From Pirellulales bacterium (GTDB taxonomy: Bacteria > Planctomycetota > Planctomycetia > Pirellulales > JAICIG01): a stretch of 64,000 nt of DNA. Below are positions 34,717 through 44,974 of the stretch, one piece after another; position 1 is the stretch's first letter, and each line of letters starts with the position of its first letter. The translations under genes were made by a program, and so were the position numbers. The notes beneath the pieces were generated by a model. The model searched no databases. It saw nothing but the letters and a program-made list of their open reading frames with translations, and was not told the DNA's origin. Location of the stretch: the NCBI GenBank assembly GCA_040901675.1, contig JBBDYJ010000025.1:159943-223942 (forward strand), in the 5' to 3' direction.

Positions 34717-36828
34717 GTGGAGATACGGATGCCTCCTGGTGCTGCGCCCGGAGCCGGCCGCGGGGCCAACCTCGCGCGCTGGAGAGACCTGATCCTGCCG
34801 GTGGGCATGATCGCCAGCGTGCTGGTGATCATGGTCCCTCTGCCGGCGGCGCTGTTGGACATCCTGCTGGCCTCCAATATCACCATCGCCGTCATCGTGC
34901 TGCTGACCACCGTCTACGTGCGCACTCCCCTGGAATTCAGCATCTTCCCCTCGCTGTTGCTGGCCACCACGCTGGCCCGCCTGGTGCTCAACGTGGCCAC
35001 CACGCGCTTGATCCTGACGCGGGGCGGCGCCGAAGGGCTCGACGCCGCCGGAGGCGTGGTGCGCAGCTTCGGCGAGTTCGTGGCCGGCGACAAGCTGGTC
35101 GTCGGCCTGGTCATCTTCTCGATCATCGTGCTCATCCAGTTCGTCGTCGTGACCAAGGGCGCCACGCGCATCAGCGAAGTGGCCGCCCGCTTCGCCTTGG
35201 ACGGCATGCCGGGCCGACAGATGGCCATCGACGCCGACCTGAACGCCGGAATGATCGACGAGCGCGAGGCCCAGCGCCGCCGCCAGGAAATCACCCAGCA
35301 GGCCGACTTCTTCGGCGCCATGGACGGGGCCAGCAAATTCGTCCGCGGCGACGCCATCGCCGGCATCGTGATCACGCTGATCAACATCGTCGGCGGCCTG
35401 TTCATCGGCATGATCGAAGACGGCATGGATCTGGCCCAGGCCGCCTCGGTGTTCACCAAGCTGACGATCGGCGACGGCCTGGTCAGCCAGGTGCCGGCAT
35501 TCTTGATTTCGTTGGCGGCCGGTTTGCTGGTCACGCGCAGCACGGCCGACGTGAACCTGCCAGCGGAGTTTTTGTCGCAGCTTTTTTCGCGGCCGCAGGC
35601 TCTGGCCGTCACCGGCGCTTTTCTTGGCATCCTGGTCTTCACCAACCTGCCCACGGTGCCGCTGTTGTTGATTGGCGGCGGCTGCCTGGGGTTTGCCGGC
35701 ACGCTTTCCCGCCGCCAGCGCGACGGCCGCGACGCCGCCCAAGCGCTGGCCAAAGCGGCCGAACGCAAACCGCCGGACGAGCGCATCGAGAACTACCTGG
35801 CCGTCGACCCGATGGAAATCGAGATCGGCGTTGGGCTGATCCGGCTGGCCGATCCGAAACGGGGGGGCGACCTGTTGGACCGCGTGCAGCGGGTCCGGCA
35901 AGACATGGCGGCCGACATCGGCATCCTGATGCCCAAGGTGCGGATCCGCGACAACGTGCGGCTGGGCCAGAACGGCTACCGGATCAAGGTGGCCGACGCC
36001 GCCGTGGCCGAGGGCACGCTCTACCCGTCGAGGCTGCTGGCCATCGACTCAGGCCTGGCCAGCGGCAAGCCGGCCGGCGTCGCCACCCGCGAGCCCGCCT
36101 CCGGCAGCGCGGCGATCTGGATCGAAGCCTCCCAGCGCGAGCAGGCCGCGTCGATGGGCTACACCGTGGTCGAGCCGATCGGCGTGCTGGCCAGGCACCT
36201 GACCGAAGTGGTCCGGCGCCACGCCGACGAGATCCTGACCCGCGACGCCACCAAGCACCTCGTCGACGAGCTGAAGCAGACGGCGCCGGCCGTGGTCGAC
36301 GAGCTGGTGCCCGGCCAGATGAAGCTGGCCGAGGTGCAGCAAATCCTGCAGGCGCTGCTGCGCGAAGGCGTATCGATCCGGCAGCTCGCGCCGATCCTCG
36401 AAACGCTGGGCGACTATGCACCGCGAACCAAGGACCCGGTGCTGTTGACCGAGTACGTGCGCCACCGGCTGGCCCGGACGATCTGCTCGCGTTACCGCGA
36501 CGCGAACAACCGCCTGCACGTGGTCACGCTCGACCCCGCGCTGGAGGACCGCATCCGCGCCGGATTCGAGCACAACGAGCAAGGGCTCTTCATTCGCATG
36601 TCGCCCCAGGCGGTCGAAGCCACCTCCCGCGCCTTGACCCAGGAGATCGAAAAGCTGGCTGCGGCCGGCCGGCCGCCGGTGGTGCTGGTCAGCCCGCAGA
36701 TCCGCGCCGCGCTCAAACAGATGACCGCGCCGCACCTGCCTCAGTTGGCCGTGCTGAGCTACAACGAGATCAGTCGAGACACGCAGATCGAGTCGGTCGG
36801 CCTGGTCGCCGACGCCGTGCCGGCATGA
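34717..36828 (+). CDS. flhA: Flagellar export apparatus protein FlhA
   Basis: Motifs RISEVAARFALDGMPGRQMAIDADL, FFGAMDGASKFVRGDA and LTIGDGLV. Start at 34717 or 34729. Confidence 0.98.
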   Translation: MEIRMPPGAAPGAGRGANLARWRDLILPVGMIASVLVIMVPLPAALLDILLASNITIAVIVLLTTVYVRTPLEFSIFPSLLLATTLARLVLNVATTRLILTRGGAEGLDAAGGVVRSFGEFVAGDKLVVGLVIFSIIVLIQFVVVTKGATRISEVAARFALDGMPGRQMAIDADLNAGMIDEREAQRRRQEITQQADFFGAMDGASKFVRGDAIAGIVITLINIVGGLFIGMIEDGMDLAQAASVFTKLTIGDGLVSQVPAFLISLAAGLLVTRSTADVNLPAEFLSQLFSRPQALAVTGAFLGILVFTNLPTVPLLLIGGGCLGFAGTLSRRQRDGRDAAQALAKAAERKPPDERIENYLAVDPMEIEIGVGLIRLADPKRGGDLLDRVQRVRQDMAADIGILMPKVRIRDNVRLGQNGYRIKVADAAVAEGTLYPSRLLAIDSGLASGKPAGVATREPASGSAAIWIEASQREQAASMGYTVVEPIGVLARHLTEVVRRHADEILTRDATKHLVDELKQTAPAVVDELVPGQMKLAEVQQILQALLREGVSIRQLAPILETLGDYAPRTKDPVLLTEYVRHRLARTICSRYRDANNRLHVVTLDPALEDRIRAGFEHNEQGLFIRMSPQAVEATSRALTQEIEKLAAAGRPPVVLVSPQIRAALKQMTAPHLPQLAVLSYNEISRDTQIESVGLVADAVPA

Positions 36829-36842
36829 GGTAGGAAAGACCA

Positions 36843-36980
36843 CAAGGGGACAAGGGGACAAGGGGACAGACGAAGTCTGGGGCACGCTACCGCTTTGCCG
36901 CCAGGCACCCCGAGGGAAGGCAGAAGGAGGAAGGATGAAGGCAGAATAGGAACACGGAGGACGAGGACTGGGGGCACGCT
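36843..36980. repeat. REP/octamer cluster
   Basis: (CAAGGGGA)x3 plus a reverse copy of GGGTGCCTGGCGGCAAAGCGGTAGCGTGCCCCAG. Confidence 0.75.
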
Positions 36981-37051
36981 GCCGACGGCTGAACGCTACG
37001 GCTGACGACTGAAACGCGAGAACCGAAAACTCAAAGGCGGAAAGCATTGCC

Positions 37052-38230
37052 ATGGATGTACGAACGTATCGCGCGGCGAGCATGCAAGAGGCCCTGGCCC
37101 TGGTCCGCCGCGAGCTGGGATCGGCGGCGGCCGTGTTGCACACCCGCGAAGTTCGGCGCCGGCGGCTGCTGGGGCTGCTTCCGGGCCGGCGGCTGATCGA
37201 AGTCACGGCTTCGGCCGAGGTCAACGTGCCCAGCCGGCTCGCGCCGCGGCAGCCCCAACCGACCGGGCTCCAAGTGCCCAACGGCGTGGACGCGGTGCCC
37301 CCCGTCGCCGGGCGGCACGACTGGGAAGCCCGCAATACTTTCCGCGACGCGGTCACGGGGCAGCTCACCGAGCTGCACTCGCTGGTCGAGGATCTCTGCC
37401 GGCGCAGCCGCGGTTCCGCGCAGCATGAGTGGCCCGAGGCGTTGTTCCGGCTCTACACCGACCTGATCGATGCCGAGGTGGCCGAGGAGCTGGCTCGCGA
37501 ACTGGTCGAGCGGGTGCGGACCGATGCACCGGGCACCGAGCTGGACGACCTGGTCTTGATCAAGGCCCGCATCGCACGCCTCATCGAGGACGAAATCGCC
37601 GTCGCCGGCCCCATTCGTTGCACGCCGGGGCAGCGCCGCCTGGTCGCCCTGGTCGGGCCCACCGGCGTCGGCAAGACCACCACGATTGCCAAGCTGGCCG
37701 CCAACTACCGCCTCCGCGAGCGACTCCGCGTGGGCCTGATCACCGTCGACACCTACCGCATTGCCGCCGTCGAGCAACTGAGGACCTACGCCGACATCAT
37801 CGATCTGCCGATGAAGGTCGTCTCGACGCCCCGCGAAATGCGGCAAGCGGTCGAGACGATGGCCGGCCTCGACCTGGTGCTCTTGGATACGGCCGGCCGC
37901 AGCCCCAAGGACGAGGTCAAGCTGCAGGAGCTCAAGGCATTTCTGACCGAGGCAGCCGCCGACGAGGTGCACCTGGTCCTCAGCAGCGTGGCCGGCGCCG
38001 GCGCGCTGGAGCGCACCGCCGCCCGCTTCGCTTCCGTGGGCACCACTGCCCTGGTGCTCACTAAGCTCGACGAAGCGACCGGCCTGGGCAACCTGCTTCC
38101 ACTGCTGCGGTCCAGCAAGCTTCCCTTGAGCTACCTCACCGATGGGCAGAACGTGCCCGACGACATTGCCGCCGCCGACCCGCACCGCCTGGCACGGATC
38201 GTTCTGGGCATGGAAGGCGGAGCCGCTTGA
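37052..38230 (+). CDS. flhF: Flagellar SRP-type GTPase FlhF
   Basis: Motifs GPTGVGKTTTIAKLA, DTYRIAAVEQL, DTAG, TKLDE and GQNVPDD. Confidence 0.97.
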   Translation: MDVRTYRAASMQEALALVRRELGSAAAVLHTREVRRRRLLGLLPGRRLIEVTASAEVNVPSRLAPRQPQPTGLQVPNGVDAVPPVAGRHDWEARNTFRDAVTGQLTELHSLVEDLCRRSRGSAQHEWPEALFRLYTDLIDAEVAEELARELVERVRTDAPGTELDDLVLIKARIARLIEDEIAVAGPIRCTPGQRRLVALVGPTGVGKTTTIAKLAANYRLRERLRVGLITVDTYRIAAVEQLRTYADIIDLPMKVVSTPREMRQAVETMAGLDLVLLDTAGRSPKDEVKLQELKAFLTEAAADEVHLVLSSVAGAGALERTAARFASVGTTALVLTKLDEATGLGNLLPLLRSSKLPLSYLTDGQNVPDDIAAADPHRLARIVLGMEGGAA

Positions 38231-39126
38231 TGTCCGACCAGGCCAACCGGCTGCGGCAACTGATGCGCCAGGCGGCCCAAAGCCCCTGCACCCGCCCCTA
38301 CAGCGCAGCGCCTATGCCCCGGCTGCTGGCGATTGCAGGCGCCAAGGGGGGCGTGGGAGCCACCACCGTTGCCGTCAACCTGGCCGTCGCCCTGGCCAAT
38401 CGTGGCCGCCGCACTGTTTTGGTCGATGCCAATCTCGAGCGGCCGGACACGGCTCTCTTGTGTCGCTTGGGCGAGACAGGCTCGCTGGCCGACGTGCTGT
38501 CCGGTCGCCAATCGCTCAACGAGGCCCTGGTTCGAGGTCCGCAAGGCATCCTGGTCCTGTGCGGCGCCTGGGCCGCCGGCAGCCTCCGGCAATCGTCGCC
38601 GGCGGTTGCGGAGCGATTGCTCGACGGGCTGGCGGCCATGACCCCGCCGGCCGACGACATCGTCATCGACGTGGGCAGTGCCATCGACCGGGCGGCAGGC
38701 CGCTACTGGCAGGCTGCCGACCAGGTCTTGCTGGTCACCACGCCCGAGCCAATGGCGCTGATGGACGCCTACGCAGCCATCAAGGCGCTGCGGCCGGGCG
38801 GGGGCCCCGCCATCCAACTGCTGATCAACCAGGCGGCCGACAGGCAGGCGGCCGGCCAGGCATACGCACGGCTGGCTCGTGCCTGCCGCCGCTTTCTCGG
38901 CATGGCGGCCGGCTCGGCCGGCTGGCTGCCGTTGGATTCAACGGTGGCCAGTGCGGCGCGCGGCTGCCGTCCCTTTGTAATCGAGTATCCCCGGGCGCCG
39001 GCGGCACGCGCGCTGGCACGCCTGGCCGAGTCCTTACCCGGCCCTGCACGGAGAATTGAAGAAAACCCCATAATCCACTCAACTCGCGGGGGTCTTGCGA
39101 CCGATATCAAGACCTACTGTCGGTAG
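38230..39126 (+). CDS. flhG: FlhG/FleN MinD-like ATPase
   Basis: N-terminal DQA..LR helix, KGGVGAT and VTTPEP..DAYA. Lies between flhF and fliA. Confidence 0.88.
   Translation: MSDQANRLRQLMRQAAQSPCTRPYSAAPMPRLLAIAGAKGGVGATTVAVNLAVALANRGRRTVLVDANLERPDTALLCRLGETGSLADVLSGRQSLNEALVRGPQGILVLCGAWAAGSLRQSSPAVAERLLDGLAAMTPPADDIVIDVGSAIDRAAGRYWQAADQVLLVTTPEPMALMDAYAAIKALRPGGGPAIQLLINQAADRQAAGQAYARLARACRRFLGMAAGSAGWLPLDSTVASAARGCRPFVIEYPRAPAARALARLAESLPGPARRIEENPIIHSTRGGLATDIKTYCR
39072..39107 (+). promoter_or_regulatory. Candidate sigma28-like promoter upstream of fliA
   Basis: AATCCACTCAAC-N16-ACCGATA; near-identical architecture at 52752-52786. Confidence 0.45.
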
Positions 39127-39295
39127 CGAACCGACCGTTAACTTGTACCGATTCGGCAAGCACTGACGGCGGGGAGAACCATCGTGCGGCCGGCTGGGGC
39201 CTGGTCTCCGGCCGGGCAGCTACCACGCTCGCAGGCAAGGCTGCCGCGCGGCTGGTCGCTGTGGATCGCTTGCTTGGGCAATCACGGAGGAATGC

Positions 39296-40078
39296 ATGGC
39301 AACAACGGTCGCTCCCGAGGACGTCGCTCAACTCTGGGGGGCCTTCAAGGCGGACATGTCGAACCAGCAGCTCCGCAACCGGCTGGTCGAGCTGTATCTG
39401 CCGCTGGTCAAGTATAACGGTGAACGGATCTGGTCGCGGCTGCCCGAAGGGGTCGAGCTGGACGACCTGATCAGCGCCGGCGTGTTCGGGCTGATGGACG
39501 CAATCGACGCCTTTGACCTGTCGCGGGGCGTCAAGTTCGAGACCTATTGCGTCCCCCGCATCCGCGGCGCGATGCTCGACGAGCTGCGGACCATGGACTG
39601 GGTGCCCCGGCTGGTCCGGTCCAAGGCCAGCAAGCTCAACGAGGCCGTCAAGACCCTGGAGGCGAAGCTGGGCCGCCAGCCCACGGAAACCGAGCTCTCG
39701 CAGCAATTGGGCATCAGCGTTCCCGAGCTGGAAAAAATGATGCTCGACGCGAACGCCGTGGGCCTGATCAGCCTCAACAAGAAGTGGTACGAGACCGACA
39801 GCTACAAGGACGTGCGGGAGATCGACATCCTCGAGGACAAGAAGGGCGAGGATCCCACCCGCCGAATCCAGAAGACCGACCTGATGCGGCTGGTCACCAA
39901 GGGCTTGAACCGCAACGAGCGGTTGATCATCATTCTCTATTATTATGAAGAGCTCACCATGAAGGAGATCGGCGCCACGCTCGATCTCTCGGAAAGCCGC
40001 GTCAGCCAGATGCACAGCTCCATCGTGCAGCGGCTGCAAAGCCAGCTCGAGCGGCGCCGCCCCGAGTTCGGAACCTGA
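39296..40078 (+). CDS. fliA: RNA polymerase sigma factor FliA/WhiG
   Basis: Motifs DDLISAGVFGL, KFETYCVPRIRGAMLDELR..DWVPR and LTMKEIG..L.LSESRVSQ; GGAGG RBS. Confidence 0.97.
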   Translation: MATTVAPEDVAQLWGAFKADMSNQQLRNRLVELYLPLVKYNGERIWSRLPEGVELDDLISAGVFGLMDAIDAFDLSRGVKFETYCVPRIRGAMLDELRTMDWVPRLVRSKASKLNEAVKTLEAKLGRQPTETELSQQLGISVPELEKMMLDANAVGLISLNKKWYETDSYKDVREIDILEDKKGEDPTRRIQKTDLMRLVTKGLNRNERLIIILYYYEELTMKEIGATLDLSESRVSQMHSSIVQRLQSQLERRRPEFGT

Positions 40079-40127
40079 CGCCATGCGGGCCCCGCGGCCG
40101 GCAGCCGCGCCGGCCCAGGCCGCCGCA

Positions 40128-41102
40128 ATGAGAATTGTCCTTTGCTATCCCGTCGAGCGCAAGCACCTCGATCGGATTGCCGCCGTGGCGCCCGCGGCCG
40201 AGCTGGTCGATGCCGGGCAGGAGCAGGTGGCACGCGAGATCCTCTCGGCCGACATCTTTTGCGGCCACGCCAAGCTGCACCCGGTCCCCTGGGACGAGGT
40301 GGTGCGGCAAGGCCGGCTGGCCTGGATCCAGTCGTCCGCGGCGGGCTTGGATCACTGCCTGGTGCCCTCGGTGGTGGCCTCGCCGATCGTCGTCACCAGC
40401 GCCTCCGGAGTGCTGGCCGACCAGGTCGCTGAACACGCGTTGGCCCTGACCACTGCCTTGTTGCGGAGCCTGCCGGTCTTCTTCCGGGCCCAGCAGGCCC
40501 GGGAATTCATCCGCCGCCCCACGCGCGACCTGCACCACAGCACCATCGGCATCGTCGGCTTTGGCGGCAACGGAAGGCGGCTGGCCGAAGTGCTCCGCGT
40601 CTTCAAGACGCGGCTGCTGGCCACCGACTTCTTCCCGGTCGATAAGCCCGAGTGGGTCGAGGCGCTCTGGCCGCCCGACCGGCTCGACGATCTGCTGGCC
40701 GCCTCGGATATCGTGATCCTGGCGGCGCCCCTGACCGAGGCGACGCGCGGCATGATCCACGCCGACTCGCTGGCCCGCATGAAACGAGGCGCCTTGTTGA
40801 TCAACGTGGCGCGGGGCGGGCTGGTGGTCGAGGCCGACCTGGTCGCCTCCCTGCGGCAGGGGCACCTGGGCGGCGCGGGCCTGGACGTCACCGAGCAGGA
40901 GCCGCTGCCGGCCGGCAGTCCCTTGTGGGACATGCCGCAGGTGATCATCACGCCGCACGTCGGCGGGCAGAGCGCCCGCCGCATCGACGACATGACCGAG
41001 CTGTTCTGCGAGAACCTCAAGCGCTGGCTGGGCGGAATGCCTCTGTTGAACGAAGTCGATAAGCAGCTTGGCTTTCCGGCGCGAGGCCCAAGACCGCACT
41101 AG
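40128..41102 (+). CDS. D-2-hydroxyacid dehydrogenase
   Basis: Motifs GIVGFGGNG, LINVARG, LDVTEQEP and ITPHVGG. Confidence 0.93.
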   Translation: MRIVLCYPVERKHLDRIAAVAPAAELVDAGQEQVAREILSADIFCGHAKLHPVPWDEVVRQGRLAWIQSSAAGLDHCLVPSVVASPIVVTSASGVLADQVAEHALALTTALLRSLPVFFRAQQAREFIRRPTRDLHHSTIGIVGFGGNGRRLAEVLRVFKTRLLATDFFPVDKPEWVEALWPPDRLDDLLAASDIVILAAPLTEATRGMIHADSLARMKRGALLINVARGGLVVEADLVASLRQGHLGGAGLDVTEQEPLPAGSPLWDMPQVIITPHVGGQSARRIDDMTELFCENLKRWLGGMPLLNEVDKQLGFPARGPRPH

Positions 41103-41181
41103 ACGCCGTCGCGCCCACCCGCCTAAGATACGGCGGGCCTCGGCTGCGAGGCTCCGGACTTGTGGCAGAGGCTCGATTCAG

Positions 41182-42285
41182 ATGGCAACGACGACGTTTC
41201 TCGAAGGCTCATTGACGCTGACCCTCAATGGGCGTCCGGCGGTTCGCTGTCCTCCGTATCTGCGTGAACGATATCAGAAACTCATTGACGAAAAACGGCT
41301 GAGCTGGACCGAGCACCACCGCCTGCTCAAGCTGCTCGGCTCGGGGGGGCAGGGGGTCGTCTACCTGAGCGAACGCCGCGGCACCGACAACTTCACGCTG
41401 CCCGTCGCCCTGAAGATCTTTTCTCCCGACCACTACGAAGACGCCCGCAGCTACGACGAGGCGATGGGCCGCATCGCCCACGTGGCCGCCCGCGTGGCCC
41501 AGATCCAGCAGGACAACCTGCTCGACGTGCACAACTTCGTGGACCGCAATCGCATCCGCGTGATGGAGATGGAATGGGTCGACGGCTACGACCTGCACCG
41601 CCTGCTCACGCCGGCCATGCTCGACCAGGTCAAAAACCGGGTCAGCGGCAAGCGCTGGGATTATTTGAATAACGTGATCGTCACCGCCGGGCCCCTGCAG
41701 CCGCGGTTGAAACCGGGCATCGCCATCGCGGTTTTGCGCGAATGCCTGGCGGCCCTGGCCGCCCTGCACCGCGAGGGCATCGTGCACGGCGACCTCAAGC
41801 CGTCGAACATCATGCTCAAGCGGACCGGCAACGCGAAGATCATCGACATCGGCTCGGCCTTCGAGATCGACGCGGCGCCGACCCGCCGCACCTGCACGCC
41901 CAACTACACCGCCCCCGAGGTGCTGGATGGCGCGTGCGCATCGGTCCGCTCGGACCTGTGCAGCCTGGGCTACGTGTTGATCGAGATGCTGTCCGGCGCG
42001 CCCCCCTTTTTGGGCCAGACCAACTACCGGGAGCTGATGGAAGCCAAGCGGATGCTGGTGCAAAAGCTGCCCGAGCGGCTGCCCAAGGATATCGTTTGCA
42101 GCGAGTTGCTGATGAACCTGATCAAGAGTCTGATCGCCCCCGACCCGATGTGCCGCTTCCCCAGCGCCGAGGCGGCCGACATGGTCAAGGACGGCGCCGC
42201 CAGCTTCCATCGCCTCCTGGTCAAGGGCGACCTGGCCAGCGAGTACGAGAACGAGATCCGCCTCTGGCTGGAAGAACTCGAGTGA
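41182..42285 (+). CDS. Ser/Thr protein kinase (cytoplasmic)
   Basis: Motifs LGSGGQGVVY, VALK, HGDLKPSN, DIG, APE and SDLCSLG. Confidence 0.93.
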   Translation: MATTTFLEGSLTLTLNGRPAVRCPPYLRERYQKLIDEKRLSWTEHHRLLKLLGSGGQGVVYLSERRGTDNFTLPVALKIFSPDHYEDARSYDEAMGRIAHVAARVAQIQQDNLLDVHNFVDRNRIRVMEMEWVDGYDLHRLLTPAMLDQVKNRVSGKRWDYLNNVIVTAGPLQPRLKPGIAIAVLRECLAALAALHREGIVHGDLKPSNIMLKRTGNAKIIDIGSAFEIDAAPTRRTCTPNYTAPEVLDGACASVRSDLCSLGYVLIEMLSGAPPFLGQTNYRELMEAKRMLVQKLPERLPKDIVCSELLMNLIKSLIAPDPMCRFPSAEAADMVKDGAASFHRLLVKGDLASEYENEIRLWLEELE

Positions 42286-42286
42286 A

Positions 42287-43315
42287 TCATACGTCCAGCA
42301 TCACGCGCTGGCCCACCGCGTGACTCTGCCGCGATTTCCGCACGATCACCAACGCCCGGTACGCATCCTCCAGTCCCGCCGTGTTGCGCACCAGGCTGGT
42401 CACCGATCGGTGGAACTGCGCCAACAGTTGTTCGCCCACCGGCCGCTCGCTGTCCAGCGACTCCTGGTGCCGCCCCGCCTTGTCGAACCAGACCAGCGTG
42501 GTCGGCAGGTCCACAAAGGCAATCCCCTGCTCGCAGGCCACCTGCAGCGCCGCCGGCGGCCTGTAGGCCACCGCCTCCTGCCACGCCGCCGGCATGTAGC
42601 GCCCGCAACTGATCTGCGCCGTGGGGCCCGTGCCCGCCGGTCCGCCCCGCGAAAAGTCGAGGCTCATCATCTGGTAGTCGTCCTCGAGCGGCTTTACGGC
42701 GGCATCGACCAGCCCGCTGTGCTGCAGGCCGATCACCGAGGTGGGGTTGTGTCCCACCACGTACGTGCACCAGTCCACCAGCTCGATCAAGTCGCTGGTC
42801 GGTGAACTGGGAATACCAAGACGCGCGCTGGCACCGGGCGGATCCTCGGCCGGACGGCGCATGTGGCAAAACAACAGCCGCGGCGGCCCCAGCCGCGTGG
42901 CAATCAGCTCCTTGAGGCGTAAAGTCGCCGGCGACTGCCGGCGGGCGAACTCGCTCATGAAAGCGATGCCCGCCTGCTCCACCCGTTCCTTGACCCGCCG
43001 CGCCTGGTCCAGGTCGATTTCCAGCGTCGTCGCGCAGTAGACCGCCTTGCCCGCGTCGCAAGCCGCCAAGATCGGCAGGCAGCCGTACCACTGCGGGGCC
43101 AACATCAGCACGGCGTCCACGTCCGAACGTTCGGCCAGGGCACGGAACCCGTCCACCGCCTGGGCGCCAAAATCGCGGGCCGCCTGCTGCGCACGCAGCG
43201 AAATCTGCTCGCACACCGCACGCACCTCGAAGCGGTCGCCCAACGCGCGCAGCGCCGGCCGGTGGCGCACTTCCCAGGCATGGCCGAGGCCGACTAGGCC
43301 GACGCGAAGCTTCAT
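42287..43315 (-). CDS. Gfo/Idh/MocA-family oxidoreductase
   Basis: MKLRVGLVGLG Rossmann start; ACDAGKAVYC. Confidence 0.85.
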   Translation of the reverse strand: MKLRVGLVGLGHAWEVRHRPALRALGDRFEVRAVCEQISLRAQQAARDFGAQAVDGFRALAERSDVDAVLMLAPQWYGCLPILAACDAGKAVYCATTLEIDLDQARRVKERVEQAGIAFMSEFARRQSPATLRLKELIATRLGPPRLLFCHMRRPAEDPPGASARLGIPSSPTSDLIELVDWCTYVVGHNPTSVIGLQHSGLVDAAVKPLEDDYQMMSLDFSRGGPAGTGPTAQISCGRYMPAAWQEAVAYRPPAALQVACEQGIAFVDLPTTLVWFDKAGRHQESLDSERPVGEQLLAQFHRSVTSLVRNTAGLEDAYRALVIVRKSRQSHAVGQRVMLDV

Positions 43316-43816
43316 AGGCGTGACTGTGGCCCAAAACCCAGGCGAGTTCGGCAATTGCGCGTGCGGCCTGCTGGAACCGCCCCTGGCGCGAATCCCCAGA
43401 CGGCGACCCACGAGTATACCCCTTAACGACGCCAAACCAAACGGTTGCGGACCGCGGGGCGCGGCACAACCGCAACGCGACCGGCCGCTCATGCGGCCCT
43501 CAGGATCCGCACAGGATGCCGTCCGCACCCCCCCGAAAGCTGCCCCATTCGTCCTTGACGATCCCCCGGGGTAAGCAACGTTATAACTAGGTGGATCCCG
43601 ATAAATTCAATCGGCCACATCTCATCCACCCCCGCTGTTGAGCGGCAACCCGGACCAAGACGCTCCACTTGCCTATGCCCACCGGGCACCGGCCGGCAAA
43701 CTTTGCGCAAACATCCTTTTCCTATTCAAATTACCCAGTTAGACTAGCAGCCCAGGACAGTGGGGCATTTGGACAGTGTGGACGATTCCCGCTTTCGATT
43801 GAAGGAGCCCGCGATC

Positions 43817-44245
43817 ATGACGAACATCACATTTGCACTCATGCTATTGGCCGCGCTGGCGGCCGCCCCCGCCGATGAAGCACCGAGACACCAGACCTAC
43901 GCGCAGGCCCACAGGCTGACGGCCCAGACCGGTCGCCCGCTCGTGGTCCTGGTCGGCGCCGACTGGTGTTCCGCCTGCCGGCAAATGAAACAGGGCGCGC
44001 TGCCCCAAGTGGCTCAACGAGGCCTGCTCAACAAGGTCTCGTTTGCCGTCGTCAACACCGACCACGAAGGGCCGCTGGCCAAAAAGCTGATGAGGGAGAC
44101 CTCTATCCCGCAGCTCATCATGTATCGTAAGACATCGGACGGTTGGCGGCGGCATTCGATGGTCGGAGCCCGCACGCCTGCCGAGATCGAGTCGTTCATC
44201 GGCCAAGGCCTGGCGCCCTCCGCCGCCGAGGTCTCGGCCAAATAG
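43817..44245 (+). CDS. Exported thioredoxin-family protein
   Basis: Signal peptide, WCSAC and SIP cis-Pro motif; GAAGGAG RBS. Confidence 0.88.
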   Translation: MTNITFALMLLAALAAAPADEAPRHQTYAQAHRLTAQTGRPLVVLVGADWCSACRQMKQGALPQVAQRGLLNKVSFAVVNTDHEGPLAKKLMRETSIPQLIMYRKTSDGWRRHSMVGARTPAEIESFIGQGLAPSAAEVSAK

Positions 44246-44280
44246 CCGGCCGGGAAATAGCCGACCGGGCCGGGATCCGC

Positions 44281-44958
44281 GTGCGCGTTTCGATTATCAT
44301 CCCGGCACTGAACGAAGAGCCCAACATCCGCCAGGCGGCAGAGCGGGCATGGCAAACCGGTGCCGGCGAGGTCATCGTCGTCGACGGCGGCAGTCACGAC
44401 GCGACCGCCGAAGCCGCCCGCGAGGCGGGTTGCCGCGTGCTTGCCGGCCGCCGCGGCAGGGGGGCACAGCAGAACCTGGGAGCGCGGGCGGCCGCCGGAG
44501 ACGTGCTGCTCTTCTTGCACGCCGATTGCTGGCTGGCGCCCCACGGGCTGGCGCAGATCGCCCGCGCCCTGGACGACCGCCGGCAGGCAGCCGGCGCCTT
44601 CGAGCAGCGGATCGAGGCCGACGGTCTGCTGTTCCGCCTGCTGGAGCGAGGGAACGCCTGGCGCGTGCGGCGCCGCGGCCTGGCCTATGGCGACCAGGGG
44701 ATTTTTGTCCGCCGCGAGTTGTTCGACCAGCTCAACGGTTTCCCCGAGGTCGCCTTGATGGAGGACCTCTTATTCATGAAGCGCTTGCGGCGCGTGGTCT
44801 GGCCGTTGCTGCTGGCCGGGCCTCTCCACGTCAGCGCCCGCCGCTGGCAGCGGCACGGAGTGATTCGTCAAACCCTCCGCAACAGCCTGCTGTTGGCCGC
44901 CGCCCGGCTCGGCGTGCCTCCCGACCGCCTGGCGCGTTACTACGCCCCCGATCGCTGA
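44281..44958 (+). CDS. GT2 glycosyltransferase (TIGR04283-like)
   Basis: Motifs SIIIPALNEE, VVDGGS.D, FLHAD, YGDQGIF, LMED and SARRW. Confidence 0.9.
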   Translation: MRVSIIIPALNEEPNIRQAAERAWQTGAGEVIVVDGGSHDATAEAAREAGCRVLAGRRGRGAQQNLGARAAAGDVLLFLHADCWLAPHGLAQIARALDDRRQAAGAFEQRIEADGLLFRLLERGNAWRVRRRGLAYGDQGIFVRRELFDQLNGFPEVALMEDLLFMKRLRRVVWPLLLAGPLHVSARRWQRHGVIRQTLRNSLLLAAARLGVPPDRLARYYAPDR

Positions 44959-44974
44959 GTCAGACATCGCTGAG

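Noticed and set aside
43555..43587. TTGACG...TATAAC as a sigma70 promoter
   Set aside because: The 21-nt spacer is too long.
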